A stretch of DNA of 64,000 nucleotides from a virus (taxonomy: Duplodnaviria > Caudoviricetes), in the IMG/VR virus record IMGVR_UViG_3300026549_000036. The stretch is one strand, 5' to 3'. A program made the position numbers and the translations under genes. The notes below the pieces were generated by a model. The model was not told the origin of the DNA, made no database searches, and worked only from the letters and a program-made list of their open reading frames with translations. How positions within the stretch are numbered: the first letter of the stretch is position 1; each line of letters begins with the position of its first letter. Positions 23,109 through 34,914 of the stretch are shown piece after piece.

Positions 23109-23512
23109 GATGGTTAGAAGATAAAATCTATACAAATGATATGCTGGAAACGATTGACAAAGAAAATTTTCCTTTGACATACAGAATGTGTAGCAAGAAC
23201 AAGTTTGATACTGGTTCTATTATTGTTCGTAAACTGATTGACCAGGAAATTGACCATCCCATCTGGATTGCGATTTATGAAGAAAGAAAGCCACAACAGT
23301 TCCATATCTACTCATTAGAAGTTTATAAAAGTTATCAGTTACAAGATTATGGAAGAAGGGCATTGACAAAGTTCAAAGAAAATGCTAATTTAATAACACT
23401 ATGTAGTCTACCGGAAACAAAGGTATTCTACGAAAAACTCGGTTTCAAAGAAGCAGACGATAGTGGACTTCGTTTGATTTGGAGAAAAAACTTTGGGAGA
23501 AAAAACAAATGA
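23105..23512 (+). CDS. GNAT family acetyltransferase
   Basis: LEV..YQLQDYGR (acetyl-CoA motif A-like) and FYEKLGF. Confidence 0.75.
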   Translation: MRWLEDKIYTNDMLETIDKENFPLTYRMCSKNKFDTGSIIVRKLIDQEIDHPIWIAIYEERKPQQFHIYSLEVYKSYQLQDYGRRALTKFKENANLITLCSLPETKVFYEKLGFKEADDSGLRLIWRKNFGRKNK

Positions 23513-24064
23513 AAACAACAATTCAAAAGGCAACTTATACTGGAAAGAAAACTGGCGTTCTGTTGGAAGTAGAATCTGCCAATTTTTACAATGACGGCAT
23601 TAACAACCCGAACATTACAGTTGAGGGTACGGCACCGTGTCGGAACAAACGCAGAATTACTCTCACACTAAATGCACCACTTCAACAGTCACAAAGAAGA
23701 AGTGATTTGTCAAATTTTTTATCTTTTAATTGTGGTTCTTTTGGTATGAGTTTCGCAACATTTCTTAATGAAGATAAATTCAAGAAGTATGGTGTTTACA
23801 TTGACGGAAGTTTCTACAAAGTAGCAACATTGGATGATTTGCTTGTTGTCAAGAAGGCTATGGGTATCTAATGGAAATCGTAATTATAACTGTAGCTGTA
23901 TTTGCTTTAATTGGTTACATTGTTGGTAAAATCATAGACCACTGTTGTAAGCACGAATTGGAAATCATCAATACAGTTCGTGTAGATACTGGTGGTGAAT
24001 GCGACTATGACCGCGTTTATCTTCAATGCAAGAAATGTGGAAAAGTTAAATTAACGAATATGAA

Positions 24065-24536
24065 ATGATACGTTGGGTTATTACAAAGCACAAATATAAT
24101 GATTATCTGTATATGTTTGACCTTAGAGATTTTTGTGTCAAGCAGATGCGAGATATGGAAACAAATATAGCTTATATTGATGAAACATTGACACCATCAA
24201 AGGTGTTTTTCAAAGATGTAAAAGATAAAGTAAAAGAAAAAGGAATTAAGTTCAAATACCTACATTGTCGTTATTTTTCAACAGAAAACGGCAGTCATTT
24301 CGTTTATGGGTCTTATAGAGGAAATTCAATTTTTACGCGGCAGAACAAACAACATTGTTGTACTGAATAATTTTAATTGTTGTCCTGAACGAACACAGTT
24401 AGAAATAGCAAATTGTTATTTTCCAATGTGGGCGAGTTGTTTGTGTACTACAGTTATTGTTACAGTAGACGAATCAAAACCAAACGGAAAAATTATTGAC
24501 GATTTAATAAAACAATATGGCTGTTCGCACGCCTAA
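24065..24536 (+). pseudogene. Probable single gene split by +1 frameshift near 24302
   Basis: two ORFs overlap by 65 nt; joined they read ...TENGSHF-FMGLIEEIQFLRGRTNNIVVLNNF... Confidence 0.45.
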
Positions 24537-25998
24537 TACAATAGAAAGTTTAAGGATTGCTTGTGCTGAAAAAGGTTGGTGGGATGTTCAACCTGAAGAC
24601 CATAGAAGGAATTGCTAATGGAAACTGTAGACTTACATAGAGGTAGTATAGATTTTATTTTTGAAAATTGTGAGTGTATCATAGTTGATATGTGGGCTAT
24701 TAAGTACTTTCACTTTGATGTGAAAGAAGAAAGATGGATTTGGGATAAAGACCATAAGAACTTTCTTAAAACAAATCAAGTAGACGATTTCAATTTAGTA
24801 CTTGATGTATCTGGCCCAAAACATTTTTCACAAACGATTAGATTGTCTGACCCAGATAAAACCATAGAAGAAATGGGCAAATACTGTATTGACAGATTGA
24901 CTAATTCCGATGACATAAGTGGATTTACGATAAATGGAAAAGATTATACTGTTCCTTGGAGCAGACACGAAAAACCAACTGATTTAGGTATTCCGCTTAT
25001 TTTAAATACATACCAAAAAAATACTGCTTCAGTTAATAAATGTGGTGAAAAAACTTTACAAATTAAGATAAAGGAAGAATCAGATGGATCTGGAGAAAAT
25101 CAAGAAAAGCATTGATGCTTCATTGAGTGAATACGATTTAAAAGAACTGCGTGATTATGCTGGTTCTCGTTTGGAAGAAGTCCGCAAACAGAAAGAACTC
25201 AGTAACAAAGCCGAAGTAGAAATGAAATACAAGGGTAAGTATATCCTTTGTTATGGAAGTGCTTTGAAAATGATGGGTAGTGTTAAAAACCAAAATGACA
25301 TTAAAATTGTTTATGTAGAAGATACTGATTTCCAAGGTCACGGGTTTTTCCGCTGTAAAGCAAAAATTATACAGATTAAATACAATGACGAATACAATTT
25401 AGTTAGTCACATCGGTGCTGATGACTATGGTGAAGTCTATGTTTCATTTGAACACGATGACCAGTATTCATTTTATGAAAATGACATTGACAAAATTTTG
25501 ACAAAAAATGAAGTCATTGAAATGTTAGACGAAGCTAAAGCAACTCAAATAGATATGATGGATGAATGGAAAAAATGCTTACAATAGTACCAACAAATTA
25601 TAAAGTACCATTTGACAAGTTAGTTTCGTTTAAGAAAGACAAAACTAAAATGCTTACCAAATTGAAGGAATTGGTTGTAAAACAGAAAACTTTTGAAGAA
25701 GAAAGTATGTTATACAACTACAAGGGAAAGGACAAAAAATTGATCTGGTCCTGTATGGAATTCTTTTATGAGAATTTATGGAATAAGGAATTTCGTGACT
25801 TTATTTACAATGACGATAAAGACAGTTGGGAAAACTACCATATACAACTGAAATGTAAAAATAAATTTACAGAAGTTACGATTGTTTACGGAATTGGGGC
25901 ATTTTGTGTAATTGCTCCATTAGACAAACCTACTGACAAATCCAAAATTCTTGACTTGGATAAAGTTGTCATTGGAAAAACTGAAATTTTCTATGATT

Positions 25999-26064
25999 TG
26001 TAAACAAAGTTTTACATAAAAATATAATAAAACCATTGACAAGCTCAATGGTTTTTTCTATATT
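25999..26064 (+). promoter_or_regulatory. Promoter module
   Basis: TGTAAA-CAAAGT-TTTACA 25999-26016, TTGACA 26036, N17, TATATT 26059. Confidence 0.85.
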
Positions 26065-26469
26065 ATAATCATACAAAAGAGGTACAACTATGAACGAAAA
26101 TCTTGAAAAACTCCTGAAAATGGCAAAGGTCACAACCACCCAGAACATTGAAGTTCGTGAAAACTTCATTATGTTTAAGAATGGTGATAGTGGTTTTTAT
26201 CCGCTTGCCAAAATCTATGACAAGTATATTGAAGTTCTTTGGTTGGAACTGAACGATATTGAAATGGACCTGTATGTTCGCCGCGATAATCGTGGTGAAT
26301 ACGATTGGCTGGCCCGCGTTCCGTTTGAAAATCTCAATGAAACTGAATTTGAAGTTTACGCAAAGGATTTGCGTGATACGATTTTGCCGAATTACAAAAT
26401 GGCTAAGGCCGTATCGGCCGCACGAAACGAATTTTGGAAAACTTATCACGCAGTTATGGAGGGTAAGTA

Positions 26470-26940
26470 ATGATTTTGTTTCTTGACATTGAAAATACTA
26501 TCATTGACAATTTGACAGATTGTAATTGGTTGGAAGAAAATTGTAAGAAAATTAAGGATTTCATTTTCACTAAGGGTATTGACACAGTTCACATTTATAC
26601 TTGGGGTTGGAAAACAAACAAAGAAATTAACCAGGAAATTCTTAACAACATTTACAAGAAACTAGACATCGCTGAAGAACAGATTGGTTCCTGTATTACG
26701 AAAGAAAAGTCAGTTGATTATTGTATCAACGGCGGATTTATCCCGGCAAATGAAAAAGAACGAGCTTTGATTCCTGGAATGATGAAAAGCGATTATAGCC
26801 TGGACAAAACTTTTGTGTTTCTGTTTATGACCAGACCTGACCGACAAGAAGGTGCTGTGTATTATCTCATTGACGATACAACAGAAACAAATTTCAATGG
26901 AAACGAAAACGCATTTACCATTAACCCAACTGACCTATAA
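26470..26940 (+). CDS. HAD-like phosphatase domain protein
   Basis: ILFLDIENT (motif I-like), IYT (II), K, LIDD (IV). Confidence 0.55.
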   Translation: MILFLDIENTIIDNLTDCNWLEENCKKIKDFIFTKGIDTVHIYTWGWKTNKEINQEILNNIYKKLDIAEEQIGSCITKEKSVDYCINGGFIPANEKERALIPGMMKSDYSLDKTFVFLFMTRPDRQEGAVYYLIDDTTETNFNGNENAFTINPTDL

Positions 26941-26951
26941 GGAGTAAAACT

Positions 26952-27195
26952 ATGGGAGAAACAACTGAAACAGAAATTAAAGAAGAAAAGACTGACAAAC
27001 CCAGTTATATTGATGTATTTGCAATTTTCATTTCTATTTTTTGGAACTGTTTGGTGTTTGAGTTATGGAATTGTCAAGCTTGTAAATATGGAAGCATTTT
27101 CTGCGGTGTTCAACATTTTATTGGGTGCTGTCAATGGAACTTGCGTAATTGTAAACATAACTTCATTCATTAAAAGGAGATTCAAAATTGGATAA
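26952..27195 (+). pseudogene. Two-TM membrane protein with +1 frameshift in T6 run (27037-42)
   Basis: with T5: MGETTE...FAIFISIFGTVWCLSYGIVKLVNMEAFSAVFNILLGAVNG... Confidence 0.55.
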
Positions 27196-27444
27196 ACTTA
27201 TTAAACACATCAAACAGGCACAGATTTGCTCTATGAGTCTATCTGTGATTGGTAGGTCAGAGTGCAGGCGCTTAGTTTGTTCGCTTTGATAGCATCCATC
27301 GGTTGTGCTTGTGGTGCTATTCTAATTCGTAAAGACAGTAAGCAACTGTTTTGGATAAACACATTTCTCGCAGTAGCAAATGGTGGACTTGCTATTATGG
27401 GATTTACAGGTATGTTCACCAATTTAACATAAAGGAAACAAACT

Positions 27445-27858
27445 ATGTTTAAGACACTATTGTTCGTATATCTCGGCGGTGTATCACAAGCTGCCACAGT
27501 AATCTGTGCGGTATTCTCATCCATCTTTATTTTGGCTGCGATTGGTTTTTATATCGGTTCGTTCTGTTACGAAAGTTATAGTGACGAAACTGAAAAGAAA
27601 ATGCGAGCCATGTTCGCAAAGGCGGGAAAGTGGTTCTGTATCATTGGTGTTGCTATGGCATTTACTGGTGTTGTTCTTCCAGACAAGCAAGTATGTTATA
27701 TGGCGGCTGCCGTTTCTTCAGCAGAATACATTACACAAGAAACTGAAATTGGTAAGGCAATTAACGAAACATCTGTTGGTTTGATTAAGGATGTCGGTAA
27801 GATTGTTCACGATATGGCAAACCCAAAGAAGACAAAGGTGGTAACTGTAGATGAGTAA
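27445..27858 (+). CDS. membrane protein (paralog of 1746..2133)
   Basis: two TM helices, PDKQVCYMAAAV. Confidence 0.65.
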   Translation: MFKTLLFVYLGGVSQAATVICAVFSSIFILAAIGFYIGSFCYESYSDETEKKMRAMFAKAGKWFCIIGVAMAFTGVVLPDKQVCYMAAAVSSAEYITQETEIGKAINETSVGLIKDVGKIVHDMANPKKTKVVTVDE

Positions 27859-29381
27859 GGGACAGAAAACATACGATGATTTTTGCGCTGATGACCGCAA
27901 AATTGCACTAGACAAACAAATTCTAGCAACTCCGATTGGAAATGTTTTGTTCCACACAAGAGATGAACTTTTCAAAGGAGACTGGAAGAATTGCCCAAAG
28001 CGATTGCAGTCTTACATTGAGAGTTATGACTCAAGTGATGTTTTCTACATTGGAGTAACTACACTGGTAGAAGATTATCTGCTTGACGAATGTCAGATTA
28101 CAGAAAATCAGTACGAAAAGATTATGAATTGGCTCCAGAGCCTTAAGATTCTAGTCTATTTTCCTGAACGATAAGTTCAAAACATAAACAAAATGTATAG
28201 CAAAACTATTGCTATACATTTAAACTTTTATTACATTTAAATAAGAGAAACTATGGCACTAACAACTTGGGGTAAGAAAATGGCCGCAAAAGAACATAAA
28301 GTAATTGATGCTGAAATCATTGGTCAGCCGAAAAAGAAAATTCCACTGAAGAAAGACAGTCTTACATTGAACATTTTACTAATCGCAGTTCTTGTATTTT
28401 TGATTGGTGGTGTTGGATATGCGATTGGTAGATATACTGCACCTGAACCAACTGTAAAGGTAAAGAAAGTAATGACTGATTCAATGGGTAATGAATGGTT
28501 CACTATCAAGCACAAAGTTTACGATATGGACACGCCTGAAGAATGGAAAGACACGAAATTCTATGCTGGGTTCATTCAGTTTAGAAATATGAAATCTAGC
28601 CTTAATGGTTTCTTGAATGTAACTCATTACACGATTGGTTGTACAGGTGATATATTTACTTCCCCAGGAGCGGCTTGGTGTACAAACGATTGGGTGATTA
28701 AATTAACCGAAACTATCCCAGATTCAATTTTAACAAAGTATTATAAGAAATAATGGAAGACTTGGTTTACATACAACATATAAAAAATTCTGTATTTGCT
28801 ACAGGATGTGCACCTACATTAAAGGTTCACTTGTATGCAATTCGTTTGATTGTAAAAATCTTATTGAAGTTCGCATTACTAGAAAAGAAAGTGTTTATCT
28901 TTTTTGCGATAGATTTGCTTTTATGTTTTATTCCTAATAAATGGAAGAACTTAGAAAACAAAATAACCTGGTGGCGAGATAAGTATTTGAATTATATTAT
29001 AAACAAAGACTGGACAAAAATTGATTCGTGGTATTTCTTGGATGAAGATAAATGGGATGACTATTTAAAGCAACATCCTGACAGAAAAGAATACTTTGAA
29101 AAACGCAAAAAAAAATTGACATAAAAATGCTTGAAATTTATTTAGACCAGGAGCGAGTTGATTATAACTTCATGGAGAAGTATACTAGAAAATATATGTG
29201 AGGTTCATTATGTTGTTAAAAACTGAAGACAAAAAAGAATTGGAACTTTCATTTAGACCTGTTGCAGATCCGACAGAAATAATAAATGAGAAAACAGACA
29301 AAAAAGACATAATAATTACTATATTTCTATATGTAGTGATGGCAGGAATTATAATCTATAACTTGATTTAAGGAGAACACT

Positions 29382-30176
29382 ATGAGTGATACATTCGGTG
29401 ATAGAATGAAAATGTATGAAGGCATTGAAGCACAACGTGCATTTATGCCAGGACTTCCTATTTGCGTGAGAATTGATGGTAGAGCTTTCCACACATTTAC
29501 ACATGGTATGCAGCGTCCTTATGACAAAGCAATGGCTGATGCTATGATTGAAACTATGAAGTATCTAGTTGAACAGACTTATGCTTGTATTGGTTACACT
29601 CAGTCCGATGAAATTTCTTTGATTATCAGAGACGATGTGGAACCGCTTTTCGGTGGTCGCATTTCCAAATTGACTTCAATTCTCGCATCTATGGCAACTG
29701 CCAAGTTCAATGAAGTTATCCACAAGACTTATCCTGAAAAGCCTTTGGCTCAATTTGATTGCCGATGCTGGCAGGTACCAAACAGAACTGAAGCAGTAAA
29801 TGAAATTCTCTGGCGTGAATACGATGCGACAAAGAACTCAATTTCTATGGCAGCTAGAGCTTACTATTCTGATAAGCAGTTGTTGAATAAGAACGGAAGT
29901 CAAAAGCAGGATATGCTTATGGATAAGTGTGTGAACTGGAATGATTACCCAGCATTCTTCAAGCGTGGAACTTATGCTCAACGCAAGGTCATTGAAAGAC
30001 CAATGACAGATGAAGAATGGGCAAAAATTCCTGACAAACACAAAGCAAATCTCGGCAGAGAAACCCCAGTGAAACGCACAGTTATTCAAACATTGGATAT
30101 GCCTGTTTTCACCAAGGTGACAAACCGAGTGGATGTGATTTTTAATGGTGCTGAACCACAGGTGGAAAATGAGTAA
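29382..30176 (+). CDS. thg1: tRNA(His) guanylyltransferase Thg1-like protein
   Basis: RMKMYE, RIDGRAFHTFT, YTQSDEISL, FGGRISKLTS, FDCR, WR..DATKNSI, W...P..FKRGT. Confidence 0.92.
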   Translation: MSDTFGDRMKMYEGIEAQRAFMPGLPICVRIDGRAFHTFTHGMQRPYDKAMADAMIETMKYLVEQTYACIGYTQSDEISLIIRDDVEPLFGGRISKLTSILASMATAKFNEVIHKTYPEKPLAQFDCRCWQVPNRTEAVNEILWREYDATKNSISMAARAYYSDKQLLNKNGSQKQDMLMDKCVNWNDYPAFFKRGTYAQRKVIERPMTDEEWAKIPDKHKANLGRETPVKRTVIQTLDMPVFTKVTNRVDVIFNGAEPQVENE

Positions 30177-30417
30177 TAATGAATTTGATGATTTCATAAA
30201 CCAAATATATCAGAAACCAAGTGGGTATTATAGCCCAGGGTCTTCTAACCCATATTCTGCCCGTAATAAGGCCATTGAAGATTTAATAAAATCTATTACT
30301 GAACAAGCAGAAAAATACTGTGAAGAAATAGACAAAAAACGAAAACACGAACCAAAATTCACAGATGAAGAATTTAATAAGACTTGTGAAGAATTAGGCC
30401 TAGTGGAGGACAAGTAA
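30169..30417 (+). CDS. small acidic protein (EEF-x-K-x-CEE-x-GL family)
   Basis: KFTDEEFNKTCEELGL, paralog of 30719..30937. Confidence 0.6.
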   Translation: MSNNEFDDFINQIYQKPSGYYSPGSSNPYSARNKAIEDLIKSITEQAEKYCEEIDKKRKHEPKFTDEEFNKTCEELGLVEDK

Positions 30418-30719
30418 TGTTTGATATAGATAGCTGGCTCAGCACACTTAATGAAGATTACCATCGGCCGAAATGCACTCTTCGCAAATTTAAACTTGGT
30501 AATGTAGATGTTAGAGTATGGAATTACGATAACGAAGAATTACAGATTGACGAAGTGAAATTTCTAATTGCTACTGATGGAGAATTGGATGTTCATATTA
30601 CTGGGCAAAAAACTCTTCATACATTGCAAGAACTGAAAGACACAGTTAATTTGTATAGAAAATCGTACAAAGTAATGATTGAAACTGCCAAACAACTTAA
30701 ATTATTTGGAGATTTCTAA
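30417..30719 (+). CDS. DF-tail family protein
   Basis: ends KQLKLFGDF*; paralog of 30962 and of 32597-32830. Confidence 0.7.
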   Translation: MFDIDSWLSTLNEDYHRPKCTLRKFKLGNVDVRVWNYDNEELQIDEVKFLIATDGELDVHITGQKTLHTLQELKDTVNLYRKSYKVMIETAKQLKLFGDF

Positions 30720-30937
30720 TGAATTTAGATGAAGTGAGAAGAATGATGGAAGAAAATGGTTTTAACCTTTGGGGTGTAACCACAGGTTCAACACAAAATA
30801 ATGATTCCGAAGAATTAGAAAAAGATAAGTTCACTGAAGAAGAATTTGACAAGGCTTGCGAAGATTTAGGCCTTGAAGATAGTGGGGAGGAATCGGACGA
30901 TGTGGACGATTTCTTTCAACGGCTCAATCAGGTTTGA
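30719..30937 (+). CDS. small acidic protein (EEF-x-K-x-CEE-x-GL family)
   Basis: KFTEEEFDKACEDLGL. Confidence 0.6.
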   Translation: MNLDEVRRMMEENGFNLWGVTTGSTQNNDSEELEKDKFTEEEFDKACEDLGLEDSGEESDDVDDFFQRLNQV

Positions 30938-30961
30938 GAATAATAACTGGTAGGTAGAATT

Positions 30962-31285
30962 ATGGCAATACCTTCACAAAGTGAAATGTTTAAGAGAGTA
31001 TGTGGTTATACTCTGGGTCATGATTATAGTAGAAGAACATCTTCATTAAAATGGCTTAAAATTGGTGATGCTATACTCCAAATTGAGAATTTGGATAATA
31101 AACAAATTCGTGTACAGAAAGTTTCTTTTGAAATTGGTCCTGATGGAAAAGTTTCAGTACATGCTGGTGGATATGAAATTATAAACACTATTGATGAACT
31201 AAAGGATATGGTTAAACGATACAGATTAGCTTATCAAAAAATGAAAGTCATTGAAAAAGAATTAAAGTTCCAAGGAGATTTTTAA
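30962..31285 (+). CDS. DF-tail family protein
   Basis: ends KELKFQGDF*. Confidence 0.7.
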   Translation: MAIPSQSEMFKRVCGYTLGHDYSRRTSSLKWLKIGDAILQIENLDNKQIRVQKVSFEIGPDGKVSVHAGGYEIINTIDELKDMVKRYRLAYQKMKVIEKELKFQGDF

Positions 31286-31788
31286 TGAAACCGATTAAGT
31301 ATTTGTTTATATCGCAACCAATGAGCGGTAGAACGAATGAAGAAATTTTGGATGTTAGACAAAAAGCAACACAGTTCATTTCGGATAAGTATCCTGACAA
31401 TGAGATACTTGTTTTGCCAAGTTATAAGGAACAACCTGACAATACATACGATGCAACCAGCGCAGTTGATTTGTTGGGAAATGCCATTAGTCTTATGGCA
31501 AGAGCGAATGTAATTTACTTCGTTCCTGGTTGGCAAAAATCTAGGGGTTGTCAGATTGAAAATGAAGTAGCCCGTAGATGGTTAGAAGAAACAGGCGTTG
31601 AACTCATTGAAGATGGAATGGAAAAGGTTAATATAGAATTAACTGATGAACAGTTGGTAACATTGAAAGATGCTGCTGATAAAGCTGGTATGTCTTTACA
31701 CAAGTATATTGGATTGAAACTTCAACAGGCAATGACTGACGGAACATTTGAAAAAATAGCTGAAGAAATTAAAGAACAATGCAGTTAA
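31285..31788 (+). CDS. DUF4406 / nucleoside deoxyribosyltransferase-like domain fused to a ribbon-helix-helix-like C-terminus
   Basis: FISQPMSG..., A..IYF..GW..SRGC.IE; C-terminal VNIELTDEQL..LK.AA.K.GMSL..YI. Confidence 0.65.
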   Translation: MKPIKYLFISQPMSGRTNEEILDVRQKATQFISDKYPDNEILVLPSYKEQPDNTYDATSAVDLLGNAISLMARANVIYFVPGWQKSRGCQIENEVARRWLEETGVELIEDGMEKVNIELTDEQLVTLKDAADKAGMSLHKYIGLKLQQAMTDGTFEKIAEEIKEQCS

Positions 31789-32126
31789 CTTTTATCCAAA
31801 ATAGGGATTTCATTTGTCATTGGCCTGGTTGTAGATTGAAAACAAAGGACAGAAACCAAATTGAATTTCACCATATCGTCCCGAGAGAATTACACCCGAG
31901 ATTGAATCAGGGAGTTACTTTGAGTTACTGTCCTTCACACCACAGAATGATTTTTCACCCTGAAAGCACTAAAGGTCCTCATAGCATAAATAGTCCAAAC
32001 AAATTACAAATTTTGAACATTTATCCAGTGGCGCCGAGTGGTTATGCTGTTGAATACAAACGATTTAACGATGAAATCTTCTTTGAATTTTTTGAAGGAG
32101 ATTATAGAAATGGAGAAGTAGAATGA
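31779..32126 (+). CDS. HNH endonuclease-like protein
   Basis: C..PGC...EFHHIVP...N......CPSHH. Confidence 0.7.
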   Translation: MQLTFIQNRDFICHWPGCRLKTKDRNQIEFHHIVPRELHPRLNQGVTLSYCPSHHRMIFHPESTKGPHSINSPNKLQILNIYPVAPSGYAVEYKRFNDEIFFEFFEGDYRNGEVE

Positions 32127-32830
32127 GCGGTAGTAATGATTATATAGTATGTAGTCGGTTGGAGTGACGATACAAGTACAATTTCCAGTAATGATTTAGG
32201 TACTTGGTCTTTTCCACAATATACTTTTCGTGGTTCAAATTCCACACAAGCAAGCAATACTGTAGATACAGGTACTGAAGAAAAACCACCTGTTTGTACA
32301 AATGAAGAATGGGAAAAATTCTGTGAAGAGGAGGGATTGGAAGATGGCAACGGTTACAACGGGTACACAACAGATGTCTACACAAACGCAATCACCGCAA
32401 CAACAACACTCTCAGCATAGTAATGCTACAGTAAGCAGTATTTCCATTTCAAATGGTATAGTTTCAAATGGTACTGGAGTTACAATTTCCAATTTAGGGA
32501 ATTACAATTACTATTATACTACTGCTAATCCAAGTATTACTAATGCTGTGTGGAGTGTTTATACAAACTATATGAAACCAAAATCATTTAAACTTCGGTA
32601 ATACAACAGTTTGTGTTTACAACTGTGACAACAAGTACTTTATGGTTGATAATGTTCATTTTACTTTTGAAACGCAAGGCACAAATGTTACATTGAGAGT
32701 GAGCACTTGCGGAACTACGAATTTGTCCAGTTTAGACGAAGTAAGAAACTACATAAAGTCAATGAAGATGTATTACTTAAAATGTAAGGAATTTGAAAAA
32801 CAACTTGAATTAACTTCGGATTTCGCATAA
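32123..32830 (+). pseudogene. Fused acidic-module + S/T/N linker + DF-tail protein interrupted by three apparent +1 insertions (~32150, ~32418, ~32596)
   Basis: contains CTNEEWEKFCEEEGL and, after removing C32596, KSFKLGNTTVCVYNCDN matching KFKLGNVDVRVWNYDN of 30417; ends ELTSDFA*. Confidence 0.55.
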
Positions 32831-33103
32831 ATAAAATATGGGAATTATAATACTTTGTACGATAATGATTTTGTTTTGTTCAGCAGTTCTTTATACACTG
32901 TTGAAAGATAGAACTTTTGACCAGTCTAATGTGATTGGTATGGTTTTGTGCAGTTTAACAATTTTATTGTCAACTGCGACAATTATTATGAAAATAATGT
33001 AAGTTTAACTTGAAACAAAATTTAATAAAGTTTAAAATGGACGGGTTTACAACTTGCCCATTTTTTGTTATATTATAGATAGAACTTAAATGGAGAACAC
33101 TTA

Positions 33104-33814
33104 ATGAAGATTAACTCAAACTATCAAGATTATTATGATTCTGCGTTAGGGTCATTTTTGGGCTCCGAAGTTGTAATCAACAGAAAAGAAAAAGAAGTAG
33201 AAATTGGTAAAACTGAATTTCCAATTTTGTGCTATAATCGTATTCCAGATTGGCAAGCAGAAAAACAGACTGTAGAATTTAATGGAAGAAAGACCACTAA
33301 AGGTTATCCAATTACTTTGATTGGTTTTTGTGGTCAGTGGTTTTTCCATTGGCAAAAAGGACATTTGACTGATGATTTCCGAACTGTCATTGAACACAAG
33401 TATGTAACCTATGACGAACTCTTGAAGGACCATCAGGAACATACAATTTGTTATCAGTGGATGAAGTCTGTTAAAATGGAAGAACTGAATGACCCAAATA
33501 AAATCAAAGAATGGAATACTGACATTTTTGAAAAGTACGGTCCTGTGATTGTTATTCCTGAATATACGGGAATTCAAAAATGGATTAGAAGTACTGAATA
33601 CGAAACATACAAAGCACAGTTGTTCCCTAATTTGAAAAATTACGGATTTCAGCAGATGAAAGACCCATTTACTGCATTATGGGAACTGGAACATTGGTAT
33701 GACACTCACGCCAGACCAGACGAAGCTATTGTTCCTGTTGGTGACGATTTAACCAGATTGAAAGCATACGGATTTGATGCGAAAACTTCATTTAGAAAAT
33801 CAAAGGAGAAATAA
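33104..33814 (+). CDS. conserved phage hypothetical protein
   Basis: MKI.S.YQDYYD, IGFCG, PNLK...F....DP, GFD.KTSFR. Confidence 0.6.
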   Translation: MKINSNYQDYYDSALGSFLGSEVVINRKEKEVEIGKTEFPILCYNRIPDWQAEKQTVEFNGRKTTKGYPITLIGFCGQWFFHWQKGHLTDDFRTVIEHKYVTYDELLKDHQEHTICYQWMKSVKMEELNDPNKIKEWNTDIFEKYGPVIVIPEYTGIQKWIRSTEYETYKAQLFPNLKNYGFQQMKDPFTALWELEHWYDTHARPDEAIVPVGDDLTRLKAYGFDAKTSFRKSKEK

Positions 33815-34848
33815 TGGTATATTTCATTATTGGTGCTTTTATTGTGTTTATGGTTTGTTTGTGTATCTTTCTACAAAAACAAGCAAATGCAGAACAGAAA
33901 GATAGAGAAAGGCCCTGGAGAGTTGTAAAGAATGCTTTGGGTCAGTATCTCTTACAACATTATTGTAAAAGAGAATTTGTTTACATATCAGATAGAGATA
34001 TGACACGATATGAATGGAAGTGGGAAACTATAAAAACATACGATGACAAAGATGAAGCTATTGCTATGTTGAATTACAAACTGGCAGAATTTGAAAACGA
34101 AGAAAAAGAAAAGAAACAAAAAGAAAATGATAAATTAGCTGCACAGAAAGAAAAAGAACTAGCTGAAAAAATCGTTGAGATTATTAAATGAGCATTAAAG
34201 ATACTATACAAAGGAAATTACACATGGGACTTTTTAGATACTTAGGCAAGTTTGAAGAATTGTTCAAACAGGAAATTAACTGCGATAACATTTATACGAA
34301 CTGCGTATATTTAAAAGAACATTTCCCAGATAAATGGCAAGGTATCTTGGAAAGTATGGGAGTTAAAAAAGATACACCTATATTTTCTGTAAACCATACA
34401 GTCAATGGAAAACGATATGACGTTGTTACATTTTGTACTCCAAAAGGTTCAAGTTCTTATGTAGATTATTTCTATAAGAAAGATTCTATTTGGACTAGAA
34501 ATTTATGCCGAGCCGATTACAAAAATGATAAAGAATTTTGTAAAGAATTAGATGTCGCTTATCAAGAATTACAGAATTTGTTTGCCTTCCTAAAGTTGTT
34601 TGAAAAACAAATGGAAGAAATGAACAGACTGATTAAAATTCAAAGTGACGAAAATAAGGAGATTAAACCATCGTGACTTATTCCCATACAGTTAAATTTA
34701 TGTGTGCTAATCAAACTTACGAATTTACATTAGAAGACGAAAATAACGAAACTGAATACAAGAAAATTGTGGCTCGGGTAAAAGCCAAAGTGTTTGACCA
34801 GGCTAACATTGAAGTTCTTTCAGTTGTAACTAAAAGTTTACAATAGAA

Positions 34849-34914
34849 TGTAATAATAATTTTACACGATTTTGGCTAAAAATCATTGACAACACTTGTG
34901 TATTTTGCTATATT
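34849..34914 (+). promoter_or_regulatory. Promoter module (second palindrome at 34825-42)
   Basis: TGTAAT-N6-TTTACA 34849-66, TTGACA 34886, N17, TATATT 34909. Confidence 0.8.

Noticed and set aside
24296-24380. Terminase-like NGS..F.G...LRG....V.L segment in the joined 24065-24536 product
   Set aside because: No Walker A, and the Walker B acidic residues are absent (LNNF); too weak to call a terminase.
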